64,000 nucleotides of DNA from Anthoceros angustus (Eukaryota; Plantae; Anthocerotophyta). The stretch covers positions 1 through 64,000 of the forward strand of contig VJWM01000327.1 in the NCBI GenBank assembly GCA_010909165.1, read 5' to 3'. The position numbers and the translations under genes are program-made. Within the stretch, counting starts at the first letter, position 1. Every line of letters begins with the position of its first letter. Below the pieces are notes generated by a model that ran no database searches, had not been told where the DNA came from, and was given only the letters and a program-made list of their open reading frames with translations. Shown here piece by piece: positions 21,290-34,900 of the stretch.

Positions 21290-24200
21290 ATCTTCGTTCC
21301 TCTCAGCCAAGGCAAGTTGTAGCCAGAGTGCAGCCCCAAAGTGATCTCTACATCTTCACTAGCACCCCTGTGTACACTACAATTGCCTACAATCTCAAAT
21401 AACTCAACGTGTCTGAGAGGGAGAGTTAGAAATAGTGCAGACCGCGTTGGTCAAGGTCGACTAGAGCAAACCCAATGTGGAATAGTCAAACTAGACTTAA
21501 CTAGTTGGTAGTTAGTTAATTAACTAGTACGCTAGTTAAGGGACACACTTGTTATGGGATAAGGGTAGTTATCATGTAATCTACAAACACTTAGGTTATG
21601 TTATAGTTAGTAATATGAAGGGTTATTGCGAAACGTCATAATATGGCTATAATTAAACATTTTTGTATTGAACATTGATTCATTCTTGTGTAAGAGTTTA
21701 TGGTGTGTGACATAAGTTCTCTCTCGTTTTTTCCTCTCTAAAAAATTATTGTGGTATCAGAGCCATGCTCCGATTTCTATATACACTCCTGAGCAATGCC
21801 GAGATCGGGATACTCTAAGAAGAATGCTAATCCAAAGAAATTTTGTGGTGCCTATGGAGGTCACTTCCAACGGCAACAACAGTTTCTACCTATAGATACT
21901 GTCCTAGATCTATATGAGCAAGAGTATCCATATCATTGGCTACGCAAGTTCACCGACAAATACTCCGGGCGAGATCAGTCTGTACAATTACAACAGCCTA
22001 ACTTGCACCGAAGGACTGAAGCATTGTTTAGAGCTCGAGCAATTCAGAGAGGCCAAAACCCAGACCTGTTTTACTCGAGACCTGTTGTAGACTTTTGTCC
22101 TTTGTCGGCATCTACATGTGCGGATAAGACACGACAACTTGTGTATTTAAGGGTTTGCTTGATCACGACCTTTATAAGATTGATGTCTACACACACAAAC
22201 AATCCATCAATGCTGTTTCTATGGGCTCACAGAAATAGGCCATCTTATGGCATGCACGATTAGGGCATGTTAATCGGAATAAGATGGTTCATATGTCTTT
22301 ACAAGATTGCCACTTAGAATCACTACCTCGCTGTGTAAAGGAACTACCTTCCTGCGAAGCATGTATCCTTGCGAAACAGAAGAAACAACCCTTTCTGTCT
22401 TCAGCAACATATCGAGCCACACAACCTCTTGAACTGGGTCATGCTGATATTTCCGGTTAGATTCATGTTCCTTCCATCGGTGGTGCTCGCTACTATCTCT
22501 GCATCACGGACGATTATTCTAGATACACTTGGACATATATTATGCAACATAAGAATGAAACTTTCGAGCTATTTCGAGAGTGGTTGCTGAATGTATAGCG
22601 CCAAACTAGTTACCTTCTTAAGTTGCTACGTACTGATAATGACACTGAATTTGTTAATAATGCCTTTGATCTATTTCTGCAAGAACAAGGCATTCAACGT
22701 CAACTCACTGTCCCTTATACTCTGCAGCAAAATGGGGTTGCAGAACGAAAGAATCAGACACTCCTGTCTATGACACGCAGTATGCTTATTTGGGTTGGCT
22801 TACCTCAAAAGTTTTGGGCAGAAGCAGTGGTTTGTGCAACCTATATTTTAAATCGACTATTCACCAATTCTGTCCTACGCAGAACTCCCTATGAGGTCCT
22901 TTGGCATAGGAAACCTAGCCTCCTTCACTTTCGTGTCTTTGGCTCTCAGGCCTATGCACACATTCCTGATGCCAAGCGTCGCAAACTAGATTCTAGGGCC
23001 TCTTCCCTCATTTTTGTCGGTTACAGTAACTTGTCTAAGGCTTACAAGCCATCTTAGCTCGAACAGTTACTTTTCTGGAACCCACCAAGTCTGTCGTTTC
23101 AAACCCTTTGCAAACAGAGGGGGATAGTTTACCTTCAGAGGGAGTCGACAATGAGCCTGAATCCTCTGATTGTCAGTTTCCAAATGATTTGCCTGCAGTA
23201 GATCCGACAGCTGATCCAGATTCAGTTGTAGTTCCTGACCCCTTACAAGTTAATGAATTGATACCTACAGTTGCAGATCATGTACTAGCACTTGTCCCAG
23301 AGCCCGTCGATGATCTAGCACCTATCAATGAGCCAATTCCCATAGATGATCCTCAACCCCCTGACGAGGTTGTTTCTGAGCCTGCTCCAGATGCTGTTCG
23401 TCGGTCAACCCGCCACCATCCACCACTTGTAGCATGGACAGAACCTCGCTATGAGTTGATTGACTTCCAGACATGCTGAGTAGGTTAATTTTGCATCTTG
23501 AGCCTCAGTCACTTATTGCAGCATTTACAAGACCAAATAGTGAAAAATGGAAAGCAGCTGTTGATGATGAATACAACTCGCTTGTTAAAAACAAGACTTG
23601 GGAACTTGTTGAACCTCCCCCTGGATGAAAACCGATATCCGGCAAATGGGTATTCAAGCCTAAACTAAATGCTCAAGGCGAGATTGCCCCCTATAAGGCA
23701 CGGTTAGTCGCAAGGGGATTCACACAAGTTGAGGGTTTGGACTACCAAGAAACATTCTCTCCTATCGTGAGAGCGCAATCCATCCGAATGATATTGGCTC
23801 TGGCAGCTGAGTTCGATCTTAAGCTTCAATAAATGGACGTATGCATTGCTTTCCTGTATGGATCATTGGATGAAGATCTATATATGTATCATCCATAAGG
23901 ATATGAGGATAAGAAACATCCTACGAAAGTATGCAAGCTACTTAAAACAATCTATGGTTTGAAACAGAGTGGTCGGGTATGGTACCAGAATATGCATCTA
24001 TACCTTTTAAGTTGCTTCTTTGTGCAGAGTGCAGTGGATAGTAATGTGTATAGGCTGTCACGAGGACAAAGTTTTGTAATCTTAGCTTTATACGTTGATG
24101 ATGTGATCCTAGCCATAAACGACAACAGTCTGTTAGCTAACGTAAAAAAGATGCCAAGAGCAAGTAGGAGATGAAAGACATAGGGGAACTGAGATTCTGC

Positions 24201-25582
24201 CTAGGGATTCAACTCGTCCGAAATCGATCTAAAGGATTGCTCATAATCCACCAATACCAGTACATGCAAGACCTTTTACAAAAGTTCAAGCTCGATCAAG
24301 CCCGTCCTGCGGCCACATCATCAACAATTGGTGTTAAGTTAACAAGCCTTCTAAGCCCACAGACTGTAGAAGAAAGGAAAGAGACGGAGGCAATACCTTA
24401 TAGACATGTTGTCGGAAGCCTCCTGTTTGTCGCCAACTGGACACGCCCGATATTGATTCAAGAAAATCGCTCCACCCTCGGATAATCCTGGACGTGCTCA
24501 TTGGGTTGCAACCAAGGTTGTGGGGGGTGAAAGCATAATCTTTCGATCGGCGAAGTATGGCGCCCCTCCTCCGGACAACAACCGCCGCTATGTAAATTCG
24601 TTAGAAGGTAGTCGAGAGTTAGTCAATCATTCATGCAGACACTACACAAGCGGATGAAGCTCAACGCGTACATGATTGCTTTGTGTTTAGGTGTCTCCTC
24701 GCAACCTCCTCAGTTTCTCCAGAAGCTGAATTGTTTCAGCCAAGGGCTTGAGGAGAGTTGTCTTCGTATCCACTTCCCTTTCCACTTCCTGCTTCGAATC
24801 CTCTCTTGAATTTCCCACTCTGTCTTGGGGGTTGCTCCAGCAGAGATTGATATTCAGACCAATCCGATAGCCATTTATGCACACGAAGGCACCCATACAG
24901 TGGCGATCTTCCCAATCTTCTGGCCGAAGAGGGCATTTCCTAGCTCTAGACTTGCACTGCCTTCCTGTCTGCTTTGTGGAGCTGAATTGCCTATGTGCCT
25001 TGCTCACAGACTCATAGCTGAGCCCACTTCTTGTCTTCATCACGAGGATCAGCAGGTTCAAGATGGTGAAGAGCCCAAGCTGGGCGTAGGCCACATATGA
25101 GGGAGCAAGACCTCCATGGCGCATAGAGGGATAGCGGCAGTTGGGCGTAATCGAGTCCAAAGAGTGGAGCGTAAAAGCTTACGTTGCGAGTGGAGTTCAC
25201 GAGGATAAAGTACGCTCGCCGCCTGTCCTTGATGATCATAACCTAGTGTGTGAAGCTTAAGAGGGAGTGTTACGGGATAAGGATAGTTATCATATAATCT
25301 ACGAACACTTAGCTTATGTTATTGTTAATAATATGAAGGGTTATTGCGAAACATCATAATATGGTCATAATTAAACATTTTTGTATTGAACATTGATTCA
25401 TTATTGTGTAAGAGGTTCTAGTGTGACATAAGTTCTCTCTCGTTTTTTCCTCTCTCGAAAATTATCAACACCCCCTCGTAACCATCCTTTATAAGCCCAC
25501 CTGTGAATCAAACTCGTTCATTGTTAATAAAACATCTTTGCTTAAGACGCTTTCGCATGCAATTCTAACTTGGTATCAAAGT
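21290..25582 (+). mobile_element. Copia family A remnant: internal fragment, PPT, one LTR (21424-21549 plus 25473-25570, split by an insertion) and PBS
   Basis: 21290-21380 matches the reverse complement of ~4785-4870. PPT GAGAGGGAG (21415-21423) is followed by AGTTAGAA. The LTR resumes at 25473, ends TTCTAACT at 25570 and is followed by TGGTATCAAAG. Confidence 0.85.
21550..25467 (+). mobile_element. Ty1/Copia element (family B), non-autonomous, nested in the family A LTR
   Basis: LTRs 21550-21751 and 25268-25467; TSD ACACT/ACACC; PBS TGGTATCAGAGCC at 21752; PPT AAGAGGGAG. Integrase (LRTDNDTEF, QQNGVAERKN) and RT (LALYVDDVIL, MKDIGEL) are present; no recognisable gag, and RNase H is deleted. 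Confidence 0.92.
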
Positions 25583-26070
25583 TGAGACTCATCATTGGCA
25601 TTGTGCTCGAGGACTTGCATAGTACCTCCCCCCGATCCCACTGACACCTACGGTGGGATTTGTGCACCCTCTCCCTCCTCCCCCCGGAGAAGCTCCCACT
25701 CCCACTGCTCTACCTGGACGCCATGGCGAGCAAGAGGAGGTTCATGCGAAGAGAGGTGCAGACAAATATCTCGAGAGTGGTCTGGCATGAGGTGGGGACC
25801 TTGTTTTCAAGGCGAGAAGGCACGGAGCATAAATCGGAACTGGATATAAGCGAGTATGTTCCTACTTTTAAGCGTAATGCCAAAGTATGTGGCTACAATG
25901 CACATCCGTTCACACTCGGTCGTAAGTGCACCTTTGGGTCTTTTCACCGGAGCGTATAGTGCAGGCATGAGATAAGCACTTGCATTCATATAAGCACTTC
26001 CTCTACATACAACCAATCAAAACAAATCTAATATGCAAATATAGGTGCAAACCAATCTTCTTCGGGAACG

Positions 26071-26670
26071 TTGTCCAGAGGTTATGAACCTTGTCAAACT
26101 CATCACAACCTAACCATAGCGGGTGTAGGTTCTGTTGTATTCATGTGTGATTCAGGTAAGACTCTTCGGATTCATGAAGTCCTTCATGTTCCTCCCATGT
26201 GCAAAAAGTTAGTGTTAGTTGCTAGTCTTTGCAGAGAACATACTATGCAAGTGACATTTTACTCAAATAGGTGTTTCCTTTCATACACAAGAAATAGGAC
26301 TCCAGTCATCTGCACAAGTACTTTAGATGATGGTTTCTATAGATTGTCAGTCCAAGTGGGAGCTTCCCAGTTTGCTTATGTTACCTCTTCCAATTTAGCG
26401 ACATCTTCTCACACTATGCTTTGGCATTGTCGCTTAGGTCATCCTAATAGTAAAAAATTAACACAAATGTCTAAGGGTAATTTTTATAGAACCCCTTGCC
26501 TTGCAAAGGTTGAACACCATCCCTTGTACGAAACATGTGTTCTCACTAAACGATACCAAGAACCTTTCAAAACCAAATCTCCACAAAGGGCCAAGTCACC
26601 TTCAGAGATAGTTCACGCAAACCTTTGTGGTCTCATGTCTACCCCCTCCTTTAGTGGTTGTAGCTACCAG
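26071..26670 (+). mobile_element. Copia protease-to-GAG-pre-integrase fragment
   Basis: IAGVGSV...IHEVLHVP...LWHCRLGHPN...ETCVLTK...IVHANLCG. Confidence 0.85.
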
Positions 26671-27076
26671 TCAGTATGCGGGGCTGCCAGTTGTTAGTAC
26701 CGTGTAGAGCTTCTCCAGATTAAACTTCCAGTGCGGGACTTCGATGTACAGTTTGAAATATATATAGTCTCCAAATTCTTAAAAAAAAAATGCAGCCAGA
26801 GTTCGTTTTAATCTATAAATCGAGGATGATAGTGGTACTCAAAAAAATTAATGTGCAGAGTTCGTTGCAGTCCATAAATCGAGGGTGGTGCTCTGCTAGC
26901 CAAAAATAGATATTGGTACACGGTTTATTTACTGAGCAGCAGGGGTCAGAAATCTTTCCAGCAGGAACTGGACTCGGGAGCTACGTCACACTGTACAGCT
27001 ATGGAAATCATCTCAGCACCAGATGAAAGAATCCACACGTCTCTGAGCTTGCTGGTGTATAGTGGCACGGAGGGTG

Positions 27077-29477
27077 TCATATCCTAATAGGTCTGGAGTC
27101 ATTGTGGTGCCGGAGGGGAAGTTTTTGAATCTCTGCAACCAGCTTCCCATCTATTTCCTCCTCCATATCCATTTCTTGGTTCACACTGCGGCCCTTTCTC
27201 GGAGGAACTTTCTGCGATAAGTCCTCTAGTCCAGCCTTCTTGGAAACGCAAGGACTGCCCTCTGTGGTGGCGAAGCATTTATTCGCCGTTATCTTCGGTG
27301 ATCTGTGGAGCACTCTTTGCCTGTTCTCTTTGTCTGTAGATGTTAAAGGTGAACAACGACCCTGGTCCCTCTCTGGTTTGCCCTCTTTCACAGGCTTAGT
27401 CCGCTTGACACCACCTGCCTTTCGAACGTTCTCCATCTCGGAAACATGGTCTTTGAACTCCTTGTGCACGACTTCGAGTACAATTTCACCATACCGGTCA
27501 CACCAAGACCTAAAACCAGAAATGTATCACAAGTGTTGATCTTGCTTGCCTCGTTCACTCACATGAAGAATTAAAACAACTGAATTGCCAATAATTATAA
27601 GATATGTTCGTCAATGAAGGAATGGTGAAACTTACTTGGGAAAAAACCGCATCAGCTCGGACTTGTCCACAGGGAGCCTAGTTGCAATGGCATCAATCTG
27701 CTCATTCCTGCAACCCAATGCAGACCACAAAACTGTTAACTGCTGAGCTCTGCTAAAAGGGACACTCAGTGAACAATCCTATCCAGCACTAGTCCCCTTA
27801 CGTGAAGGTTTGGCCTGGATTTGTCTGCTGCAATTCCGACCGTATCCGTGCCAGTTCAGTCTTGATGTTATCTCCGAGCACCTGCAGAGTCAAGTACGGC
27901 ATGAGTGATCTGGGCATCCAGAAAGCCAGTCCGCAACAACAAAAACCAGGTAGATGTGTCAACCTCCTAGCTATGATACATGATACCTTGTCTATGAAGA
28001 AGTCCGTGGGGGCTCCCTTTTCATGAAGTTTCTGTTTGATCTTCACAGTATCTGGACCCTGCCCCTTCGGTGTCTCTCGTTGCAGCTTGTCGTTCAGTGG
28101 GGTTCGTTCGTCTTCATCATCATCCTCCGGTGCCTCAACTGGTGTGTCCTTCTCTGAGGCTCCGAGGGCTCCCAGCAGCTTCCTCGGCGGTCGGAGCAAA
28201 TCCAGTCGCCACAAGCGTTTTCGAGCAGGTGGCTCCTCCTCCTCACACTTAAACTCCTCCCAGTTCTCATCCCCCCCCTCAACGGGCTTCTTGTCGGAGT
28301 CCCCTTGCAGCTTCCGCATGAAACCTGAGACAAAAGTTCCGACTCCAGGTGAACGAGTAGACTGATTCTGTGAGGCAGAAAGGAGAGGAGCTTCAAGGTC
28401 TGTCGCTAACGGAGATGCATCTTCAGCTCTGGACGAAGGAGTTACGGGTGCATCCTTGGGCTCTGCCACCTGAGAAGAGCTCTCCATTGAAGGAACCACC
28501 TGAGGAGAGTGGAAGAGGGGAGATTCTGCAGGAGCATCAGTCGGTTTCTGAAAGGTGGGGACAGGAGGATGTCGCTTGGGGCAGTCATCAGGCCGGAGGA
28601 AATCCAGGGCGTGGGGGACTCGAAGTTTCTGCTTGGAACCTCCATCCTTCAAACTCAGCCCTTTCTTCAACCGGGATGTAATGTGCTTGAGAGGAGACTT
28701 CTTCGGCGAGGGACCAGTGTTCTTCTTCGGTGAGAAGTCACCTACTTGCTCCCCTTCCTCACCAATCCTCATCTCCACCGCTGTGGTAGGCATACGCTTC
28801 TGCTTCCTACTCGGCGAGGGAATCGAAAACTCGAAGTCCTGAGAGCTGATTTCAGCATCCTGCTCAGCCAGTCTGTTCATGATGACTTTTTTAGCCTTGT
28901 GGTAGTCCCCTTCACCTATGCAACCTGCATGCAACAGATCCTGCACATCGAAAGAGTCAGTCCTCGAAACCAGCCCTCGAGAGAACACAATGCAGCCAGC
29001 AGCCGAGCCCAGGACTCTGATATCCAACCTGCAAAAAGAGAAGCTTGTCCCTTGTGAACTCCGGCCACTCTCCATCCTCGTGGAGGGCAGTGACGGAGTC
29101 AAGAAGCTCTCGTCGGAAGGAATCCAGCTGCCCCTCCGTTGCAAGCCCTTCCTTCAGCCGTCCAACCAAATACAGGATACCGTGGAACCTCTCTTGCTGC
29201 CACTTGAGGTTCTGCGACTGCTGCCAGGCGCGTTTGTCCGGCGCTGGAAGAAGCCTCCGGTTTCGCATGGAAATGAGTTTTTTCAACAGAGGGGACATAC
29301 TTTTGTACATGAGGGACATGCTTTCCTGCAAAACACACGAAGTCACAGCGAAGTGTGAGCGGACGACTCACAAGCGCACACAACAAAGCAAAGCAAAGCA
29401 AAGAAAAATACACAGAGCAAAGGCAAGGCAGTCACCTGAACGCCCTTGTAAGAAGGTGAAGGTGAAAGCGCTGCCAT
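27077..29477 (-). CDS. Conserved land-plant protein of unknown function, 6 exons (29477-29436, 29325-29029, 28940-27987, 27881-27802, 27707-27636, 27509-27077)
   Basis: All introns are GT-AG and splice in frame. The product has NLKWQQERFH, RDKLLFLQDLL, DFFIDKVLGDNIK, LPVDKSEL..FFPKSWCDRYGEIVLEVVHKEFKDHV, which I recall from an uncharacterised plant family. No gene symbol recognised. Confidence 0.88.
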
Positions 29478-29899
29478 TCCTACGAGCGACGCCGCAGCAG
29501 CAACCCGGAGAGCAGACGTTTCGGGGACCGGCCAATGTTCGAGGGCCTTTAGGCCCGTCTTGCGCATCGGCAGGCGGGGTGGCTGCGATTTGAAAAATGG
29601 CCGTTGGCGGCGGCCACATCGTCCCCCTCTCGTCAGGCACAGAAACATTTTCTTCAATATCTTGGCTCATACATATTTACGAGTGCATAGGTATGTAATT
29701 CACTAGGAATCGAGAAGTACGCTTTAGCGAGACGTTCATCCCTCATCGCTTGAATGGGAAGACCAGCAGGCCTTGCTCTACGCTGCTTGCGGGCAGACCT
29801 CGATTTTGGTTAAAAAATGCCTCCTGAAAAGACTAATACATTCCTCAACGGAGTTAGAACGTTAGAACCCTCGTCGGGCAGAATGTCCTCTTGAGGCTG

Positions 29900-30132
29900 G
29901 GTTCGCATGAACCCGAACCCGACATAAAATACATGACGTGGCGAGAAGGACAAGATCAAGCCACACTAAATACAGTAAAGTAATATAGTAAAGTAACTGG
30001 TTCCGAGTCGGGATGTTTCCCGGGTCCATTTTAGATACACGAAATCCTTGAATTGAGACAAAACGGGTTACGAGCGGCAAAAATCCGTGCGCAGCATCTG
30101 TAAGAAATATCGGGTCGGGTCTTCGTGGAACC
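29900..30132. repeat. ~23-bp imperfect inverted repeats enclosing ~190 bp (MITE-like or subterminal structure)
   Basis: GGTTCGCATGAACCCGAACCCGA (29900-29922) versus the reverse complement of TCGGGTCGGGTCTTCGTGGAACC (30110-30132). Confidence 0.55.
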
Positions 30133-30269
30133 TACATTGAACTCAAGAACCCCATTACTTCTAGTTTTCTAGGGTACAAGTGTGGCGTTTGGTCGTGATG
30201 CTTGGCATGAAGGTGCAGATTTTGTTGTGTTGTGCAACCTAGATCTCATACCGAGCGAATCATGTGGCC

Positions 30270-31900
30270 TCTATCTTTGCAGGCAGTACCAGGAGAATCG
30301 CAACACTCTCCTCCGGTTGTCCATAGAGGAAATCATGACCTTGGTGCGCAATGGATGCACAACGCAAGTGTGAATAATCACAAACGTCCTTGCCACTCAT
30401 TTTCAATGGCCGGATGCACAACCTACATGGCAAGTGGACTCCCCTTGGCCGGTGTCCCAAGTTCCTTGCAGTATCACTGCGCAAGCGACTACGTGCATGC
30501 GAGAAAAGCGTGGCAAAAGGAAGAAAAGCAAGAAAGTTCGGCGAGGCCGGCCCTACTAAGGCGGTGGCAAACAAGAGATGGGAGGAAGGCGACCTTCTTA
30601 CGTTGATTGCAAGAAAAGAAGACATGGTCAAACATAGAGAAGGAGGTACCAAGGAGGCGAATGATGAGGTGAAGCTTGTTGGGCTGCAATATCGATTGCA
30701 TGTGCGACTTTAGGGATCTTCAAGACTAACAAAGCGATTAAGGGCCTGGAAGCTTTGATGACACTTCAACAAGGTGCAAGATTGGGAGAGGCTTGGCAGT
30801 CATTCGGGAAGGTCAAGCTATTGGGCTATGAGGAAGGGAGGCGAGAGGCACGAAACTCCCAAAGCTATGAGTAGAACAACATGCGATGCTATACGACCTG
30901 CTGCAACAAAGCAATGAATAGCCACGGAACTGTGGATAGCAGCAACAAAACAAGGCAAGCAGATACTAACAGTACCACTAGCATGGCGGCGGAGAGGAAG
31001 GCACCCCATGCAAGCAAAGCGATGAATGGAGTGCAAGCGGAGGAAACTAAAAGCACAGAATGGAGTAAGCGGCCTTGTACCTTTATTTGAGAAGAACCAT
31101 GCATAACAGATGGATTTACTAAGAGCTAAAGAGGAGTCCAAACAGGCTAGGCATCAACAAATCTTAGAACTAGAGCGAGAGAAGATAGCATGTTGCTACA
31201 GAACACAAAAAGATAGACTGCAGTTTTGAGATTGGCAGGGGCATGTTGTTAGCAATGACTGAGCTTTCAAGCAGTATTCGGAATTTAGGAGCTTCTCTAA
31301 TAGAAGCTGCCCAAATTAAAAATGGCAATACAAAATAAGTGGATGTGTGGCTTCGCTCTTCTTCCTTCATGATTTGGAAGCTTTATTAAGTGCTCTTGTC
31401 CATACACATTCTGGCTATAGTCTTCTTTGTATGTTTGTAATGTAGTCTTATTCTTCTTCGTCAATACGTAATACATGCATTAAAGCAGCTCGTAATCTAT
31501 GTCCTTCTGGGTTGCCTGGGTCTATTGGATTATGTACGGTTCTTGAACAACATAATATTCATACCGGCGGAATAATGTAAGCCGATTATGAAAAAATTGC
31601 CGCCGCTTGGTACTTTTCATACAGTTACTAATTCACGACAAACACGGCTCTTCGAAAGCACATGCGCCCGTGCTAAGCAATCATTCAGATTGCGAATTCA
31701 ATTTTGTGTCCAAAGGTGTTTGAAATGAAGGTGCCAAGGTGCAGGGATGCTTCCTCCCAGGCGGCAATGCTCAGTTATAAGTAGAGTACGTCCGTTCAAG
31801 TATATTGAAAAACGGCCTCAGGGCCAGACATATAACAACTTCCTACTAGAAGATCCGGCATGTCATCAACTCCAAAGACTGCCCATACGACATACGATTG
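30270..31900. mobile_element. PIF/Harbinger remnant: Myb/SANT (trihelix)-like ORF on + (to stop at 31338) convergent with a degenerate transposase C-terminus on - (~31449-31900)
   Basis: Stitched + strand: WEEGDLLTLIA...WAAISIACATLG...NKVQDWER...SSYWAMRK...LPKAMSRTTCDAI. Minus strand: KVP..AA.F.HN.L ... EGHRLRAALM. The two-ORF convergent layout is typical of Harbingers. TIRs were not found. Confidence 0.65.
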
Positions 31901-34900
31901 CGTGAACACGAATATGTTTTAGCCACCTAAGGAAGTGCAGGGTCTGAAGATTCAACTACACACAAACCGGCTTCACTATCGGGAACTAGGGTGACATTTC
32001 TAAGACGTTCTTCATATGTCTCTCCGAAAGAGTCAACAGCCATCATCGCCTGGGCGTCGTCGTCTTCCTTCCCGTCAACCGGTGAGTGCCGCCGACCTCT
32101 GTATGTTGCCCCTCATCTGAGGTCTCCTCTTTCTTTCATTCGCTTCGACCCTAGAGGCACAATTTGAGCCTTGCCAATATCCTTCTCGCTCACGCAAACC
32201 TCCTTGGCCCAGAATTGTGATGGACCGCTACGATGCGGCTCGTGGGTCAGCTCCTCCTCCGCATCCGGCAGCACTTCATATCCATGTACACGCTGTGGAA
32301 TGAATTCTGCACACCTTTTGTCCGCCTCGATAGAAATACAAAACAGAGTCCGCGCAATATCGGCGGATTCTTGAAAGCCTCTTTTGCGCTTTGGGCGGAG
32401 GTTGCCAACCCTTTCTCATATCATGCAAAACACGTGTTTTTAAAAGAGATGTGCTTAATGGCAGGTTCCACTTAGAACAATGTAAGTAAAATAGAGGTTT
32501 TTTTCCATGTATGCACACTTTTGTTTGAGTGCGCCGGTCGTCCGGCGCACCCTTCCGAGACATACTCTGGGGGAAAGGGCAGAGTGCCAGCACTATGGGT
32601 CCAAAACACGTAAAGTCGCGGCCTCGTCTGGGGCCTCGATGCGCCCAGTTGATTTTTTTTCGGGGTAGTGCAGGTGAATTTTTAGAGAGAGAATTGACCT
32701 TTTGGTCATTGTTTTACCCAGACAGTAAAATTCATTACAATATAGTAGAAAATCATCTACCATCAAGGTACAAAACAACTGAACCATCCAAGTGGGGTAA
32801 AAATCATCTACCATCAAGGTAGAAAATAGAGCACTAGAGTAGAAAACATGACGACCAAGTGAATACCAGCTGGGTCTAGTAGAAGCTCATTCTAGAAATC
32901 CCACCAAAATCGCTAATCTGACAAAAACATTTTCTGTTAAATAATATTCATGCGGATCCGGGATATACAAAACCAACAAAGAAACCTTTTCTTTGCGAGT
33001 TTCTGATATCCGTAATGAAATACAAATTCAACTAATGAAGAGTAAATACCAATAGATTGAACTCGCTAGATTGAACTCTACTTCAACAACAATGGAACCT
33101 ACAAACAAAACGAAAACAAGACACAAACCGTGATTAGGTGATACTAGAAAACACCGGAATAATCATAGCAAATACTTAGAAATGATACTCACCTTATTTA
33201 GGAAATTGATCGATAATTATACAGATTGAAAACGTAATTTTCACGACCACTTGGCTTGATTGGCTTGTACAAAGATCATTCTTGGCAACCAATTGATGAA
33301 GCGAGGACTTGGACGAAATTGTCCGCTTCGCAAGGTGACAACCTAATAAAATACAACCATTGATTTTCAATGTAATTAATAAAGAGCATAAGAAAACTTA
33401 CCAATCGACGGATTTTCGCAGAGCATGCAAATATCTCGAGGCACATTCTTACGCCTGTTCTTTCCACCGCAATCTTGAACCTCTTGCTTTATCCGCCGCT
33501 TGCCTCTTGATGCTTAATGTGCTCTTGTCTCCTCTCCACATTTCTCCTCCGAATCTCAAGGGCTTTCTCTTGCTTAGAGACTCGTAATTCAACTTTACGC
33601 CTCTCTCTATAAGAGCCTCCAAATCCTTTTGCCACAAACTCCAATTTCGCCTATCATACTCCAATTCCCACTCGAATCTCGAAGCACGCTCAAAGCCACT
33701 TCCATTTCCATTTGCTCCACAATACAATATCCAGAGGTGCTACCATGCCACATTCCGGTTAACTTCGATGACGATCACATCACTATGCACAATGCCCTCC
33801 AACAGGGACCACCGCATCCACTTTTGTATCAATGTTGAAATGAGGGACAAAAGGTCACTACACTAGTCGCAGGATTCACAACCGCCAAGATAAACATAAT
33901 CGGAAACTCCAAAAGAAGTGAAAACAAACAAAACAGACAAAGAATCAACCTTGTCAACATATGGAATTTCACTAGAACACCCAGTTGGTCTGTTATCCAT
34001 CCGGATGCCTTGGCCACGCTTTCGTGGAGGTATGTTTGCAACCAAAACACCACGCCTCCCACAACAAGAGACCAGATGATTAAAACAGATCCAACATGGC
34101 TGCGCAACCAAGGAACCCGAATACCAACCGAACTTGTGAAAACAATGGACCACATGGTGCGAAAACTCGTCGTCGACATTGTTCAAAGGTCCGCTTTCAT
34201 GATGAACAACAGAGTGGCTACAGAGACCTAACACACAAAACAAGTCAGACAGATTTTGATCAAGTCCCTACAAACTTGCAACAAATCTCAAACACTTACA
34301 TTGTTAACTGTTGCACTGCTCGATCTTCAGCCGACTAGAAAATACAATTTCGTGAGTCACATTGAGGACGATTTGGAAGAACACCCTTAAATCATCCCCG
34401 CATCCGATTAAGTTCGTTCAAAAGCTCGATAGGATCGCCGCTCACCGTGAACAAGGACTCTTCTACTGCTTTGCTTGACCCACCATATCTCGCAAACCAT
34501 ATCGAACGCGTGAAGGAACATACAAAGGACTCAAATGTCACAAGCTTTCAAAACATATTACCTTGAGAATCCAGATCCGCTTTATGGCCACACTTCTCCC
34601 AAAGATCAAGGCACCGAGCCATCGTCAACGTGTAATCATTGTTACACGGCAGCTCTTATTGGTGTAATAGCCAACGAGCCCATGCTTCACCATGGTCTTC
34701 ATGAACCTTGACAACATTCCTTTTGAAACACGGAGTTTTGCATACCAAGCCTAGCCAAAAACAAAACAGCTTAGTAAATAAACCACAAAACTTAAGCCCA
34801 AATAAAACTTACATTTGATCTTGGGTTATCAATTGTTGAATTGAACAGAACCCCGAATTGAATTTTTGTCTTGCCACTTGGGAGAGTGTTCAATAACTTT

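Noticed and set aside
29852-29868. Another family A LTR start (AGTTAGAA)
   Set aside because: The match does not extend beyond 8 bp and there is no PPT or PBS context.
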